DNA from: Octopus sinensis
Taxonomy: Eukaryota
Direction: 5' to 3'
NCBI RefSeq assembly: GCF_006345805.1
Contig: NC_042998.1
Span: 47,740,001 to 47,804,000 of the forward strand
DNA: 64,000 nt
Below the pieces are notes generated by a model, which was not told where the DNA came from, did not search any database, and saw nothing but the letters and a program-made list of their open reading frames with translations. Positions 1 to 11,905 of the stretch are shown one piece after another. The translations under genes and the position numbers were made by a program. How positions within the stretch are numbered: the first letter of the stretch is position 1; every line of letters begins with the position of its first letter.

Positions 1-240
1 ACTTGTTGGGATAGTTTTGTTTCTGAAGGAATATATTAAGTTCTGCCAGTCGTTTCTCTCGTCTAACAGTATCACAGTATCTGTGACTATTGAGCATATG
101 CACCTTGCCATATTAAATGTTATGTTCCTTTTTGTATAGAAAGGGTGGCAAAATCTAAAATCTAAATATTGATGTGTGTCTGTTTTGTTGTAGAGGTCAG
201 TTGTAACTGTTTCGTTTTCTTTAATTATTAGGATATCCAT
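1..240 (-). pseudogene. Penelope-like element reverse transcriptase C-terminal (thumb) fragment, running off the window edge
   Basis: Minus strand translates MDILIIKENETVTTDLYNKTDTHQYLDFRFCHPFYTKRNITFNMARCICSIVTD, matching the PLE RT pattern FLDxxI..TxxYxKxTxxxxYLxxxSxHPxxxKxxIPxxxAxRIxxI. A frameshift at a GATACTGT duplication then gives RLAELNIFLQKQNYP. Confidence 0.8.
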
Positions 241-504
241 ATATTTCGATTTCCTTCTTTTCGCCCAATATTTACACGCTACTATCTGTAGCTTTATTAT
301 TATTATTTTTTTTTCGATATCTACTATTTCACGTTCCCTCGAAGATTATATATTCTTATCACGTCACCAATTATATATTTTAATCTTATTGATCTTGATT
401 TGATGAAAATCAACATGACCCAGGACTGATCTGAAAAACAATAAAGTGTTCAACTTCGGATCGTATGAACATTAAATCTAGGACTTCTGTTATTTTTATC
501 CTTA

Positions 505-690
505 CTACTTCATTTTTTTCAGTCATTAGACTATGGCCATGCTGGGGCACCGTCAGGAAGGAGTTTTAGTCGAAAAAACGATTTCAGTACTTTTTTTTTT
601 AATCTGGCACTTATTCTATCAAGTACTTTTGCCGAACCGCTAAGTTACGGGAACGTAAACAAACACCAGTTGTAAAGCAATGGTTGAGAG
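505..690 (-). mobile_element. SINE family A, 3' half
   Basis: CAGTCATTAGACTATGGCCATGCTGGGGCACCG and TTTGCCGAACCGCTAAGTTACGGG are shared with the full copy at 1355-1748. Confidence 0.8.
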
Positions 691-1354
691 CGGGATGGCG
701 ACTGGAAGGAGAGAGTGTTGCACTGGAACCTGTTTGATACTCATTTACAGCAGCGTAGATTGAAATTACGTAAAAAGAAGTGCCTTGCTCAAGGATACAA
801 TGCGTAGTCTATGCATTGAACACACGACATTAAGAACACGAGGTGAACGTCCCAACCACAAAATTCCACTTAGTAAAAGAAGAAAAAAGGCCTTAGATTT
901 AAAGTTCATGATTTTCTCGGTCTGAAAAAAAAAAGCATTTAGTGATAAATCAAGCATCGAACCGAATATAATTCCTTTTAACTAGATAAACAAAGATTCG
1001 ACAAGGTCTTTTACGAATCGATACACATCAGTGTTTTCCAATTGCCCAGAGAGACACGCGATTTAAGATGTGATACTTATTCACAACGCCAGCCAATGAA
1101 AAGGCCTCAACGTAGTCGCCTCACCTGTTGAAAATAGCAGCTAAATTTCTTTCAAATACTACCAGTCTGAATCTGCAATACCCGAAAAGGGTGAAATACA
1201 TTACGACTTAAATACCTTTGACAATAGTTCTATTCAATAACAATAACTTGGGTGAACTTGAACAAGTGGAACTAAATATTCAACTCAGAAACATACGAAA
1301 CACAGTAAATTCGAAATCGGTCAAGTTTAAGAAAGTAACGTATTTGAGTACTCT

Positions 1355-1748
1355 CTCTTTTACTGTCTTACTTGTTTCAGTCATTTGACTGTGGCCATGT
1401 TGGGGCATCGCCTTTAGTCGAGCATATCAGCCCCAGGACTTATTCTTTGTAAGCCTAGTACTTATTCTATCGGTCTCTTTTGCCGAACCGCTAAGTTACG
1501 GGGACGTAAACACACCAGCATCGGTTGTCAAGCGATATTGGGGGGACAAACACAGACACACAAACATATACACATACATATATATATACATATATACGAC
1601 GGGCTTCTTTTCAGTTTCCGTCTACCAAATCCACTCACAAGGCTTTGGTCGGCCCGAGGCTATAGTAGAAGACACTTGTCCAAGGTGCCACGTAGTGAGA
1701 CTGAACCCGGAACCATGTGGTTTACCACACAGCCACTCCTGCGCCTAT
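1355..1748 (-). mobile_element. tRNA-derived CORE-type SINE, family A (octopus OR-like), full length
   Basis: Minus-strand head GGCGCAGGAGTGGCTGTGTGG with pol III A/B-box-like motifs and a CORE-like TGGCACCTTGGACAAGTGTCTT. It has an internal (TG/TA)n tract and a GACTGAAACAAGTAA tail. About 20 copies or fragments occur in the window. The OR-like name is from recall. Confidence 0.85.
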
Positions 1749-2344
1749 AGCTAATTATAGAGTATCTGAGGTTTGATCAGTTACTAGAAAGGCAAGGCCA
1801 ACAGCGACGGTATTCGAATTTAGAACCAAAATTTGAACTCGCACATAAAGCATGTTACTTTCAAATGACTCTATATTGGTTAACCATAGAATCTGGTGTA
1901 CATCTATATTCCTTTTGTTAATAATACGACACTTGCAAACACTTCACGTGGAACAATAGAGGTTGTGAGTTTATCTAAGTCAACCTTTGTGGTATATAAG
2001 AAATAGGACGTGATAACTTTAATAACTGAATTAAACATAGATGGTCGCCACACCGGAGATTCTTTGTTAAACTGTTAAACAGCAACACAGCAGTACAATT
2101 GTTCCCAGTGAGGTTTACTTTAGAAACGTTGTAGGATAGTGCCGTAAAATGCGATTAATTAAAGAATGAGAGGAGAAGAATGAAACTTCTAATTATCTAT
2201 CAAATGTTTTTATTTATCTTACGAATAATAATCTTTCGTGTGTGAGAGAAAAGAAAGAAAGTATGAAAGCAAGAAAAGACATCGTATTTTTTAAAAGTGG
2301 GGGAATACGAATTCAAATTGTGACATTGATGCTTTTCCTACGAA

Positions 2345-2445
2345 TACAGAAACGTAAAACTAATCTCAACGAGTTAAACTTAGAAATATTACCACCCAAC
2401 AATCCAGACCTGTGTCCTAATACACATTTTAGTTTATATTTCGGA
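2345..2445 (+). pseudogene. decayed mariner transposase fragment
   Basis: KTNLNELNLEILPPNNPDLCPNTHF resembles the mariner motif KLxELGxEVLPHPPYSPDLAPSDYHLF. Confidence 0.45.
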
Positions 2446-3444
2446 TCTTTACCTTTTGACCGACAGATTTAGAAAACAATTTTTTGTAACTAAGCACTTT
2501 TAAACATCGTATACTGGTAGAATGTGTCATATAAAATATCGTTTACTCTTAGCGTTTTTTAGAAAAGTTTATATTTACGAAGTTATTTCGTTTTAAAGTT
2601 GTCGTATTTCGGTAATTTCAACCAATCAATGACGTGTATTTAGCTGAATAAAAGATAGTTCTGGAGGAAGGGTGTGAAGTCCTGACGTTCATGGCACTCT
2701 TGAGTAAAAAAAAACACAGTTATCTTGATCAATGAAACAGCAACAAGTGTGTTATGAAATATCAATTGTTGACTTATTGATATAATCAGATTTAATGTCC
2801 CTTTCAAAGACCCCTGTTTAATTTAAGGTTGACTTGCTTTGGAAGTACCCGTTGACTTGAGTTTTCGTTGTTTTTATTAGCTTTATTTTTAGTGGTTTTT
2901 CTTGTTTTAATTTATGCATCAGCATCAGGGTATTATATAGAAAATTGATCTATCATCTTTGTCTAGTAGATTTAACGACAGTTATTGCTAGCCTAATGAC
3001 AAACTAAAGTTTATTAAGTTTCTCATGAAAAGTTCTGGGTAATAGAATGACTGAGACCCTATTGCTCCTGTAGTTTACAAGAGTATAAATTATTCAAGTT
3101 GTTAACAATTGTTGCGAAATTAACAATTTGTTGCGAAAACGGCAGTCCGTTGGCGAAATGGTTCTAGCGTTAGATACAACGCCTGCGGTACATAGTTACG
3201 CTCTTTTACTTTCTGAGTTCAAATCCCACTTTAGTCGACTATGGTTTCCAGCCTTTCGGAGGAGGGAAAGCAATCAGTCAATAAATTAAGGAGTTGAGGA
3301 GGTTAATTAATCGACCATATCCTCTATAAAATCAGTGGCGTTGAGCAACAATTATTTTGTTCGAATGATGAAGTTGACCTCGAAATAATAAGGAGCTGCA
3401 ACGAAGTTCAACAACTTAAATTCTGTAGAATATTTAGTGCAGCA

Positions 3445-3660
3445 AAGGCGATGAGCTGGTTGAATACTTAGCACGTCGGGCAAAGGGCCAAGCGGCATCC
3501 CGTCTGTCTTTACGTTCTGAGTTTAAATTCCACCGAGGTTGACTTTGCTGCTCATCCTTTTGAGGTCGATAAAATAAATACCAGTTCAGCACTGGGGTTG
3601 ATGCGATCGACTTATCCCCTCCCACGAGCTTGCTGGCCTTGTGCTAAAATTTGAAACCAA
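3445..3660 (+). mobile_element. SINE family B (core GCCTTTCATCCTTTCGGGGTCGATAAA; Meta-SINE-like by recall)
   Basis: Head GGCGATGAGCTGG, then GTTCTGAGTTTAAATTCCACCGAGGTTGACTTTG, and tail AAATTTGAAACC. About 20 copies occur in the window. A more decayed copy lies at ~3140-3350. Confidence 0.8.
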
Positions 3661-4564
3661 TATTTAGTGCAGCATTCTACCATTTTTTCCGATTCCTTCT
3701 CCTTCTCTTACGAAATTTTATTTGTAAATTTGCACATTACCAAAATGGCATACCATGAGGAATTTTCTAACTCATAGACAAAGCATGGCAACAGACGCAA
3801 ATGTAAGACGATCACCTTCAAGGGTCTTATACTGCAGGAGATTAGAAGAAAATAAGTACCAGCTCTTTTTTGATGAGTATAGTAGCGATTATATAAAATT
3901 GTTGATAATATAAAAAAAGGCTAAATATAATAGTTATTGAAAGCTTTTAAGTTAATAGGATATAGGTTAAATAGGGCTCCTCTGGGGTGTAAAAACTAAG
4001 CGACTATCAAATTACCACAATACAAACGGTTCACTGGCTTCACTTTCCAGATTATTTACCATTCAGGTAAACTGCACTCTTCACAATACTTTCGGGTTTT
4101 ATACAGGTTAAAATTTGAAACCAGTATAAAAGACTTGACAGTTATCCACCTCGCTTCGATATGCATTCATCCGTTTCGCTATTTACTTTTCGTTATCCAC
4201 ATCAATAATTACCCCTATTTTCTTCTGCCACACATTTTTTTTTCTCTCTATTTGTTTATCTATCTCGCACGATTTCCATTTTATTGCTATCCCCATTACC
4301 ACCACAATCGTCATCGACCAATTGCCAAAACTAAAAAGCTTAAGTTATACGCCATCTGTCTGCTATGACAAGACTTATTTTCACTGACATGTCCAGCCTG
4401 TGGTAGTTTTGAGGGTGAAATCTGTTATTCTTCTGTAACTCATGTTGTTTTCTCTTTGAAGATTTTATTGCACGAGCCAGTCGCCAAGTATAGCTTTGCT
4501 AATACCTTATTTTCCAAGTTCAGTTCCCGCTTCAGTTAATTTTCCTTTAACTCTTTAATAATAT

Positions 4565-4770
4565 TGGTTTAAAACGTTGACACAAGGCCAGCAATTTTGG
4601 TGGAGGAGCAGTCGATTACATTAGCCCGCAGTGCTCAACTGGTAATTATTTTATGAGTTCTGAAAGGATAAAAGACACAGTCGACCCCAGCAGTATTTGA
4701 ACTCAGAACGTGAAGTCGGAAGAAATGCTGTTAAGCACTTTATCCGGCAAGGTGATGATTCTACCAGCTC
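4565..4770 (-). mobile_element. SINE family B
   Basis: Reverse complement of the family B consensus. Confidence 0.75.
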
Positions 4771-4802
4771 CATTTTATTTTTAATTCCTTAATATTAGAA
4801 GT

Positions 4803-5015
4803 AAGGCAGTGAGCTGGCAGAATCTTTAGTACGCCGGACAAAATGCTTAGTGACATTTTATCCGTTGTTTTAGTTCAAAGTTCGCCGAGATCGACTTTGC
4901 CTTTCATCCTTTTGGATCCGATGAAAGCAAGTACCAGCTGAGGACTGGGGTCGATGTAATCAATTAGACCCACTCCCCCAAAATTGCTGGCCTTCTGCCA
5001 AAATTTGAAACCAGT
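4803..5015 (+). mobile_element. SINE family B
   Basis: GGCAGTGAGCTGGCAGAATC...GACTTTGCCTTTCATCC...AAAATTTGAAACC. Confidence 0.8.
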
Positions 5016-5834
5016 ATGAGAAGTAATATCTGTAGCATTTTCATCCATGTCATCTCTAATCGAAGAGAATTTTGATCAAAAGCATTCCAACCGTGACCAT
5101 CCTGTTTTAACTTTATATTGAAGACTATATTATCCAATGTATCTTCCCTATTTTTTAGTTGGTTCGAGTGTGATTTGTGTTGGGATTTGGCTGGTATTTC
5201 TGGTAGGTTGTGCGATCATGTGGCTTACTGATCATGTCCCTTACTGATTTTTCATTTTTATGAGCGTGGTGTGACATCGCAGATAACATTGCAGTAGCGA
5301 TATTAGAAACTAAATTGTAAAAGGTTTCCTCTTTCACTTGTGTTTCATTCCTTCCAAATAAACAATATCTGGGGAATGATTTAAGTTTCTGTTCATTGGC
5401 TCCAGTGGAATCCTTGATTTGTTTCTCCTTTATTTTCTACCTCCAACCACTTTAATGTATTATTATTATTATTATTATTATTATATTATTATTATTATTA
5501 CCTTTATTATTTCACATTCCTGCTATTACACTTTATTTATGGTTACCAATAAAAATTCTCTTCTCGTTAGTAACTGCCATATAGATATTATTGCCAGACC
5601 ATTCCGTGTCTGCCAATATTTTCGTTTCTACAATTAAGCTACCAATCTAAGCAACACGTAACTGTTATAATTTGTAAACTAGATGTCAACCAATTTTCGC
5701 CAGATAATACATTATTCCTATTTAAAAGTCAGAACTACTTATATATTTAAGGCCCCCATAGGTTCACATATAATCTTCCTAGCTCAAAATGCTCATAATT
5801 TCGGTTTTTGTAAAGTTGATGACAGTTGTATATA

Positions 5835-6250
5835 TTTCTTTATTACCCACAAGGGGCTAAACATAGAGGGGACAAACAAGGACAAACAAAGGGATTAAGT
5901 CGATTACATCGACCCCAGTGTGTAACTGGTACTTAATTTATCGACGCCCGAAAGGATGAAAGGCAAAGTCGACCTCGGTGGAATTTGAACTCAGAGCGTA
6001 ATGGCAGACGAAATATCTATTTCTTTACTGCCCACAAGAGGCTAAACACAGAGGGGACAAACAAGTACAGACAAAGGGATTAAATCGATTACATCGACTC
6101 CAGTGTGTAACTGGTACTTATTTAATCGACCCCGAAAGGATGAAAGGCAAAGTCGACCTCGGTGGAATTTGAACTCAGGACGTAGCGGCAGACGAAATAC
6201 CGCTAAGCATTTCGCCCGGCGTGCTGACGATTCTGCCACCTCGCCGCCTT
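5835..6250 (-). mobile_element. SINE family B with tandemly duplicated 3' ~185 bp
   Basis: Two near-identical blocks TTTCTTT..CCCACAAG..CTAAAC..GAAAGGATGAAAGGCAAAGTCGACCTCGG..GGCAGACGAAATA, at ~5835-6016 and ~6018-6200. The head ends at ~6250. Confidence 0.85.
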
Positions 6251-6737
6251 AATGAGAGTTATATATCTCCCCGGGTGGACAACTGGCCTATCACAAAGTC
6301 TTTAAAATTACAATCAGTTTCACTAAAATACTGCTGCTTATACTGTTACTGATAATGCTACTACAGCTACTATCGCTGCTGCTACTGCTGCTGTTTACAG
6401 TGAGGAATTGACACAGTGCCAGAATTTAAACTGCTGGCCTTCTCGGCAGGTTACCCAATACTTAATTGACTCTGACAGTCATAGTTCTTCCTTGTCTACC
6501 GTCATTGAAAATATCGTACCTTTATAATTAACTTGTCATCACAGGGACTCTACATAGTCACTTGATCTGCTAGAAATAGCAGTCGCATCTTCCCCAAATT
6601 ACACCCTGCCGTCTTAAAAAGGGCAAAGAGCTAGATCAGTGGTTCCCGGCCTTTTCACGATGGTTTTCAACAGTGGCTCCCAACCCTTTTATTGAAATGA
6701 GTTTTCCCACAGACCCCTTTAATATACTTAGCCTTTT

Positions 6738-6807
<70 letters not shown>

Positions 6808-6922
6808 GTATATATATATATGTATATATATATATGTATATATATATATGTATATATATATATATGTATATATATATACGTATATATATATATATGTATA
6901 TATATATACGTATATATATATG

Positions 6923-7021
<99 letters not shown>

Positions 7022-7033
7022 GTATATATATAT
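6738..7033. repeat. compound (CA)n-(TA)n/(TATG) microsatellite
   Basis: Direct observation. It is the source of the YI-repeat ORFs. Confidence 0.95.
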
Positions 7034-7035
7034 AG

Positions 7036-7372
7036 TGAAGGCGCGTGGCTCAGTGGTTAGAGCGTCGAGCTTACGATCGTGAGGTTGTGAGCTCGAATCC
7101 CGGACCGGGCTGCGTGTTGTGTTCTTGAGCAAGACACTTTATTTCACGTTGCTCCAGTTCACTCAGCTGTAGAAACGAGTTGCGACGTCACAGGTGCCAA
7201 GTTGTATCGGCCCTTGCCTTTCCCTTGGACAACATCGGTGACGTGGAGAGGGGAGGCCGGTATGCATGGGCGACTGCTGGTCTTCCATAAACAACCTTGC
7301 CCAGACTTGTGCCTCAGAGGGTAACTCTCTAGGTGCAAACCCATGGTCAGTGTCTGACCGAAGGGGGTCACC
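7036..7372 (+). mobile_element. tRNA-derived SINE family C (tail type 1)
   Basis: tRNA-like head GAAGGCGCGTGGCTCAGTGGTTAGAGCG...CTCGAATCCCGG and core GTGTTCTTGAGCAAGACACTTTATTTCACGTTGCTCCAGTTCACTCAGCTG. A paralog lies at 52163-52480. Confidence 0.85.
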
Positions 7373-7404
<32 letters not shown>

Positions 7405-7419
7405 ATGTATATATATATG

Positions 7420-8046
7420 ATAGAAATATCTTACAAAAAGGAAATAGAAACTACACGTGGTAAGGTAAGGGGAAGGTAAGAAAAATAAGTGCAAATGAAC
7501 ATTGGAAATCAAAAAAAGTAAAGGCTTTTTACGAAAAGTAACGAAAGATATATACAATTAGATGAACTGAGGTAGGAATAAAAGTAATAAAAGTCATTAT
7601 TGTGAATTGTTAAAGAGATTCAAAAGCATACCGGTTTCGTAAGTTGCTAATCATTGCTTTGAATACAACTATCCATTGCTTTGAATGCAAACCGATTAAT
7701 GAACGGTGTCAGGTCTATTAGTCCCTGAGAAAAAAGATTATGTGTAAGGGAGGTAAGTAGTCCTGGATTTGGTGCAATTAGGTTAGATAAAGAAGTGTAA
7801 TGTGAATGGTGTAAGGGATGTATGGGGGTTAGTGGTATTAATTGAAAGGTTAGTAGTGTTCTGTATTATGTTATGTGCTCATATTTAGTTGGGGAAGATA
7901 TTTTTTGATGAAAGTTGCCTCTTTATTCATTCTTTGTTGCATTGAGGTGTTCTGTGAACATTGATAGAAGGGGAAAATTAGGAAAAAGATGTGTTCTCTA
8001 ACCTGTAACTGTCTGTATTGTGGGTGGTGGATTTGTTCTTTTTTTA
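7420..8046 (-). mobile_element. Penelope-like element 3' end: GIY-YIG C-terminus (8046-7871) plus pLTR-like region with a decayed hammerhead
   Basis: KEQIHHPQYRQLQVREHI..FLIFPFYQC..QRMNKEATFIKKYLPQLN resembles the PLE endonuclease C-terminus. A downstream GAAA-CCGG-TA motif lies at 7623-7660. Confidence 0.7.
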
Positions 8047-8274
8047 AATTTAGTTCATGGACCCCTAGTACAACCTTTGCGGACCCCAGGTTGTGAACCA
8101 CTGTGCTAGATGGATAATTTGGACTTAGACTCGCTTTACATAACAATTAATCGAAACAGTCACGGCTAGATTCGTTTTCGTCGTAGTTCTTCTCTATCAT
8201 AGTTGACTTGGAGTAAACAACTAATATGATACTTCTACACTGATATTCCGAGTAGAAGCACCACAAATAAACTG

Positions 8275-8493
8275 TCAAAGCGGTGAGGAGCTGGCAGAAT
8301 CGTTAGCGCGATGGTCAAAATGCTTAACTGCATTTCGTCTGTCTTTATGTTCTGAATTCACATACCACCGGGGTCGACTTTGCCTTTCATCTTTTTGGGG
8401 TCAATAAAATAAGCATTAGTTGAGCACTGGGGCCAATGTAATCGACTTAGCCCCTCTTCACAAACCTTGCCTTGTGCCAAAATTTGAAACCAT
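8275..8493 (+). mobile_element. SINE family B
   Basis: GAGCTGGCAGAATCGTTAGC...GTCGACTTTGCCTTTCATC...AAAATTTGAAACC. Confidence 0.8.
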
Positions 8494-11204
8494 TATGGTC
8501 TTTTCATCTTAAATATACAGAAGTATATAGTAAGGGAAGCTAACATTATATTGTACAGAGATGATAGATTCTCTGTACTACATAGTACAGGCATAATATG
8601 AATAAGCTTAAAATATAATTATACAGTTCACCCATAAAATTATGAATACGAAGTTGAAAATAATAAATTGTCTTGTTGATATAATCTTGAATCTAAGAGC
8701 AAGTGGAAGTGCAACTGAAGGAACACAGATTATTGTCCCCTTAACAGTGTTTTGAAATGGAGTAGCTTTATTGCGTAGATGTGCTTCAGACATTAATAGC
8801 ACAGTAAGAACTTACACCTGTCTTTCACTTTAGACACAGACACATTGATAAGCGAAATCCAAGCTTATTTTCAAACTATATCACGCAGCTGATAGATCGA
8901 TGAATTAAAGACCTTCCAATTCACTTCCAGCTTCATTTCAAGGCACTTATTGAGTTGAAAATTGACTGTGTTACGACAGTTGTATCTTCGTTAAGATTTC
9001 CGTAGAAAAGCTTGTAAATACATTTGGTACGATTGTAAATGTAACTTGTACATCACTGCAAAGTTTAGAATATTCTAAATAGAAGAGAGAGACAATATCT
9101 TTCTCTATATGCACTAAAAAATTCAAATTTCGAGTTTTTAAGCGCATTCCTCCTGCTGTTCTGCATGGAAAAGACCGCCTCTATCACCCCTGGAAAAGCA
9201 TTTATGATTCTAGATAAAAATGCTTCGTTATGGACGAGCAGGCACAGAACATTCTCGCTTCTTTCCATACTGTCTTATGATTATTTCCATATCAACCCAA
9301 CACTTCTCAATTTCCCTTTGTTTTCTTCCTTTAATTTTTTTCTCCTCTATAACAACCCTGATCGAAACCTTCAAATTTTAATTTCCAATGAAGAGTTTCA
9401 TGGATTGCGCAAAGGCTGCACGAATTGTGTACGAAAGGCCCCAGCTGTGTAGTGACTTCCTGGTATGTATAGTAGCTTCTGTAAAGTGTCATAAAAAGCT
9501 GATAGATGTGCATTCAAGATCTGAAATAAACCTTATGTTATTTTTTTCTCAAGGGGTTAAAAACATATGTCCTTATTTCATCCCATTGCAATTTAACTGT
9601 TCTATATGTTTTGCTTGTGGAACTTTCATCTTAACTGTTTGTTGGCCTGACTCAATATGAAAACCATCATGCTAGATATGTATTTGATTTTAACAGTGGG
9701 CGAACCTATTTATTTTAGCTCTTTGCCTTGTAATTACACACATGGCTACAATCGCAAATCGAATTACCGCACCCTATTGATTATGAAACTTTGCCATTCA
9801 GAACTTTAGATCCGGTTTGTAAAGGAGGCCTAGGCCTAGTTAATTCTTAGAATTTTTGTTATATATAGCTCCTGTAAGGAATTTTGTTACGTACTTTTAC
9901 TTTGCTTTTGTTTTTGTGTCATGTGGTTTTTTTCAACTCTACTTATATGTTGCACTTCTGTCTGGCTATATGTTTGATGCTATATCCTATGCTTTGGGTA
10001 ATATAAGTACATAGTAAGATATGAACAACCTTTGTGCAAAGGAGAAAAACGGGTAACAATATCGTTGTATCAAACGGCTTTCTCTCGCTCCTGAAAGTAC
10101 TTGCGTTGATTCTGCATTCTCGAGATAATTTCGACTCCAAGTTATGACCTGTAAATAAATCTACAAACTTTGTCACAGAACATGTGCTTGTCATCACTCC
10201 GTTTCTATTCTTTGAAGATATCACTTCATCATTCAGTTCATAAATTTTTCGATCCAAACAGTCAAATTCTACGTATACCCATTATTTCACATGAGATTAC
10301 TTCCCTTTGATCTCTTTAGAGTAGTTCCCCTTGTCTTCAGTAGAGAAAGTTCTCATTTTAAAGTGCTGAGTTTGCGACAATGCAAAATCAAAACCATTTC
10401 TTTTCATTTTGAGTTTGTTCTTGACATTCTGTAGAACTGCATGACTTTCTACGCAGACAAACTGCTAGTGATCATCAACGTTGACGTTTAATACGATTTC
10501 TGTAATGCTATATTTAACATTGAATGAGAAACCTTGGCATTCACCTGTGAGAGGATAAAATAAGCAGAACACGATTGAACTTTTACCTTAAAAACATTTA
10601 ATAATTGTAAAATATTTCGGGTAAATATACCACTTATCAAAGTGTGAAGACAAACTGAAGCCTGCCTTCGTTGCTGCTTCACGCCTTTACCACATAGAAA
10701 GACCATGTTTTATCGAAGTGTGGAAATTAGGACTAAAAATGGTTTCATTTGATATTGCTTGTCAAGAATTTGATGCTATGTCTGTGTGAAGAAATTGTGG
10801 AAGTAAGAACTGTGTTACACGGTAGCCGAAAGGAGACGCTAGATTAGAAAGTGGACTCTGTTTTATTCCTTACGGTTGTTAAAGGATGGCATGTGTTAAC
10901 TTATTAAGAATGGATTCTTTGAGCAGCAAATTTCTGATATTTCAATCTGCGGCTTTGTTGGTAACTGTGATGATCTAATACCAGCATTTGTCAAGGCGAT
11001 TTTTGGCAGATGGGGCCCATAAATGTAGGTGATTTTGATTTGAATATGCAAATACATGTCGTGCTGTCGATGTAAGTTTCACGGCCTTTGGAGGATCAGA
11101 CAACTAATTGACCCTGCAACTGCTCCGATCTTTACTGCACCACCACTCTTCGCTTTCACGGATGGTAAGAACTCGACAACTTCCAAGTTGGAAGCTTCAT
11201 AGCG

Positions 11205-11905
11205 CCAGCCATATACAACCTGTTATATTTAAATGTTCACCAACGGTTCAATACCTATTCCTATATCAGGTCCATCACTGGACCTAAGCCACGGTTCCAT
11301 ATTGTCCTAAACCTCAGCTACACATCTAATCTCATATAGTGCATCATATATAAACTGCGCGGAGCTCTTTACACTGAGAAATAGGTCATCACCATTTTGA
11401 TCACTTTGTGAACACATTCTATGTATTCCTGGTAAACCCATCACCCCCCACTTCAACATGAGCAGTTCCATTACCCATTTATCAATGTGCAGCACTTCTG
11501 CATATCATGGAACCGTTCACTCAAGGAAACAGAAGAAAACGTCTCTCATATTCAGAGTCGGATTTAAGTGAACGTTTTAACTTCTAATCCTTCACACCTC
11601 CATACCCTTTTAGTTCATCCCTCACCTTAGACCACTTTTCTTCCTCTTTCCTTCTCCCTCCCTCATATCTAGTTTCTCTTTCCTCCTATTTCCTGTCTAC
11701 ATATGCAAACTTACGTTGCAAACTTCCCTCATTCGCAGCCAATCGTTCAAACACAGAAGACGCAAAACTGTGTTAGTTATTATTCTTTTTTTTCTCTTAT
11801 CCCCCCTACTGTTTTTATCCTGTATGACTCCACTGAAAACGTCGGACACTCAACTCGTCTCGGCCATTTCACTGTACATTTTATTGTCGCTTATTCTTAT
11901 TTACA
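11205..11905 (+). mobile_element. decayed Penelope-like GIY-YIG endonuclease region plus 3' terminal repeat
   Basis: With stops and frameshifts it reads SITGPKPRFHIVLNLSYTSNLI*CIIYKLRGALY..EHILCIPGKPITPHFN..THLSMC..SLIFRVG..ERFNF. This matches the PLE pattern ITGPKxxFxI..SNLIYCIxCxxCGxLYIGET..EH..PVAxHFN..LIFxLG..NExF. Confidence 0.7.

Larger units (their letters stand above)
6637..8103. mobile_element. hAT (Charlie/MER5-type) MITE carrying nested insertions
   Basis: TIR CAGTGGTTCCC (6637) pairs with GTGAACCACTG (ends 8103). The 8-bp flanks AGCTAGAT / TGCTAGAT match at 7/8 positions and contain the CTAG core typical of Charlie-type TSDs. Confidence 0.75.

Noticed and set aside
7036-7112. tRNA-like sequence (also 16001, 30580, 52163)
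   Set aside because: It runs directly into a SINE body and lacks a proper acceptor stem, so it is a SINE head and not a tRNA gene.
6673-7132. ORFs of 82-134 aa rich in Y/I
   Set aside because: Translations of the (TA)n microsatellite.
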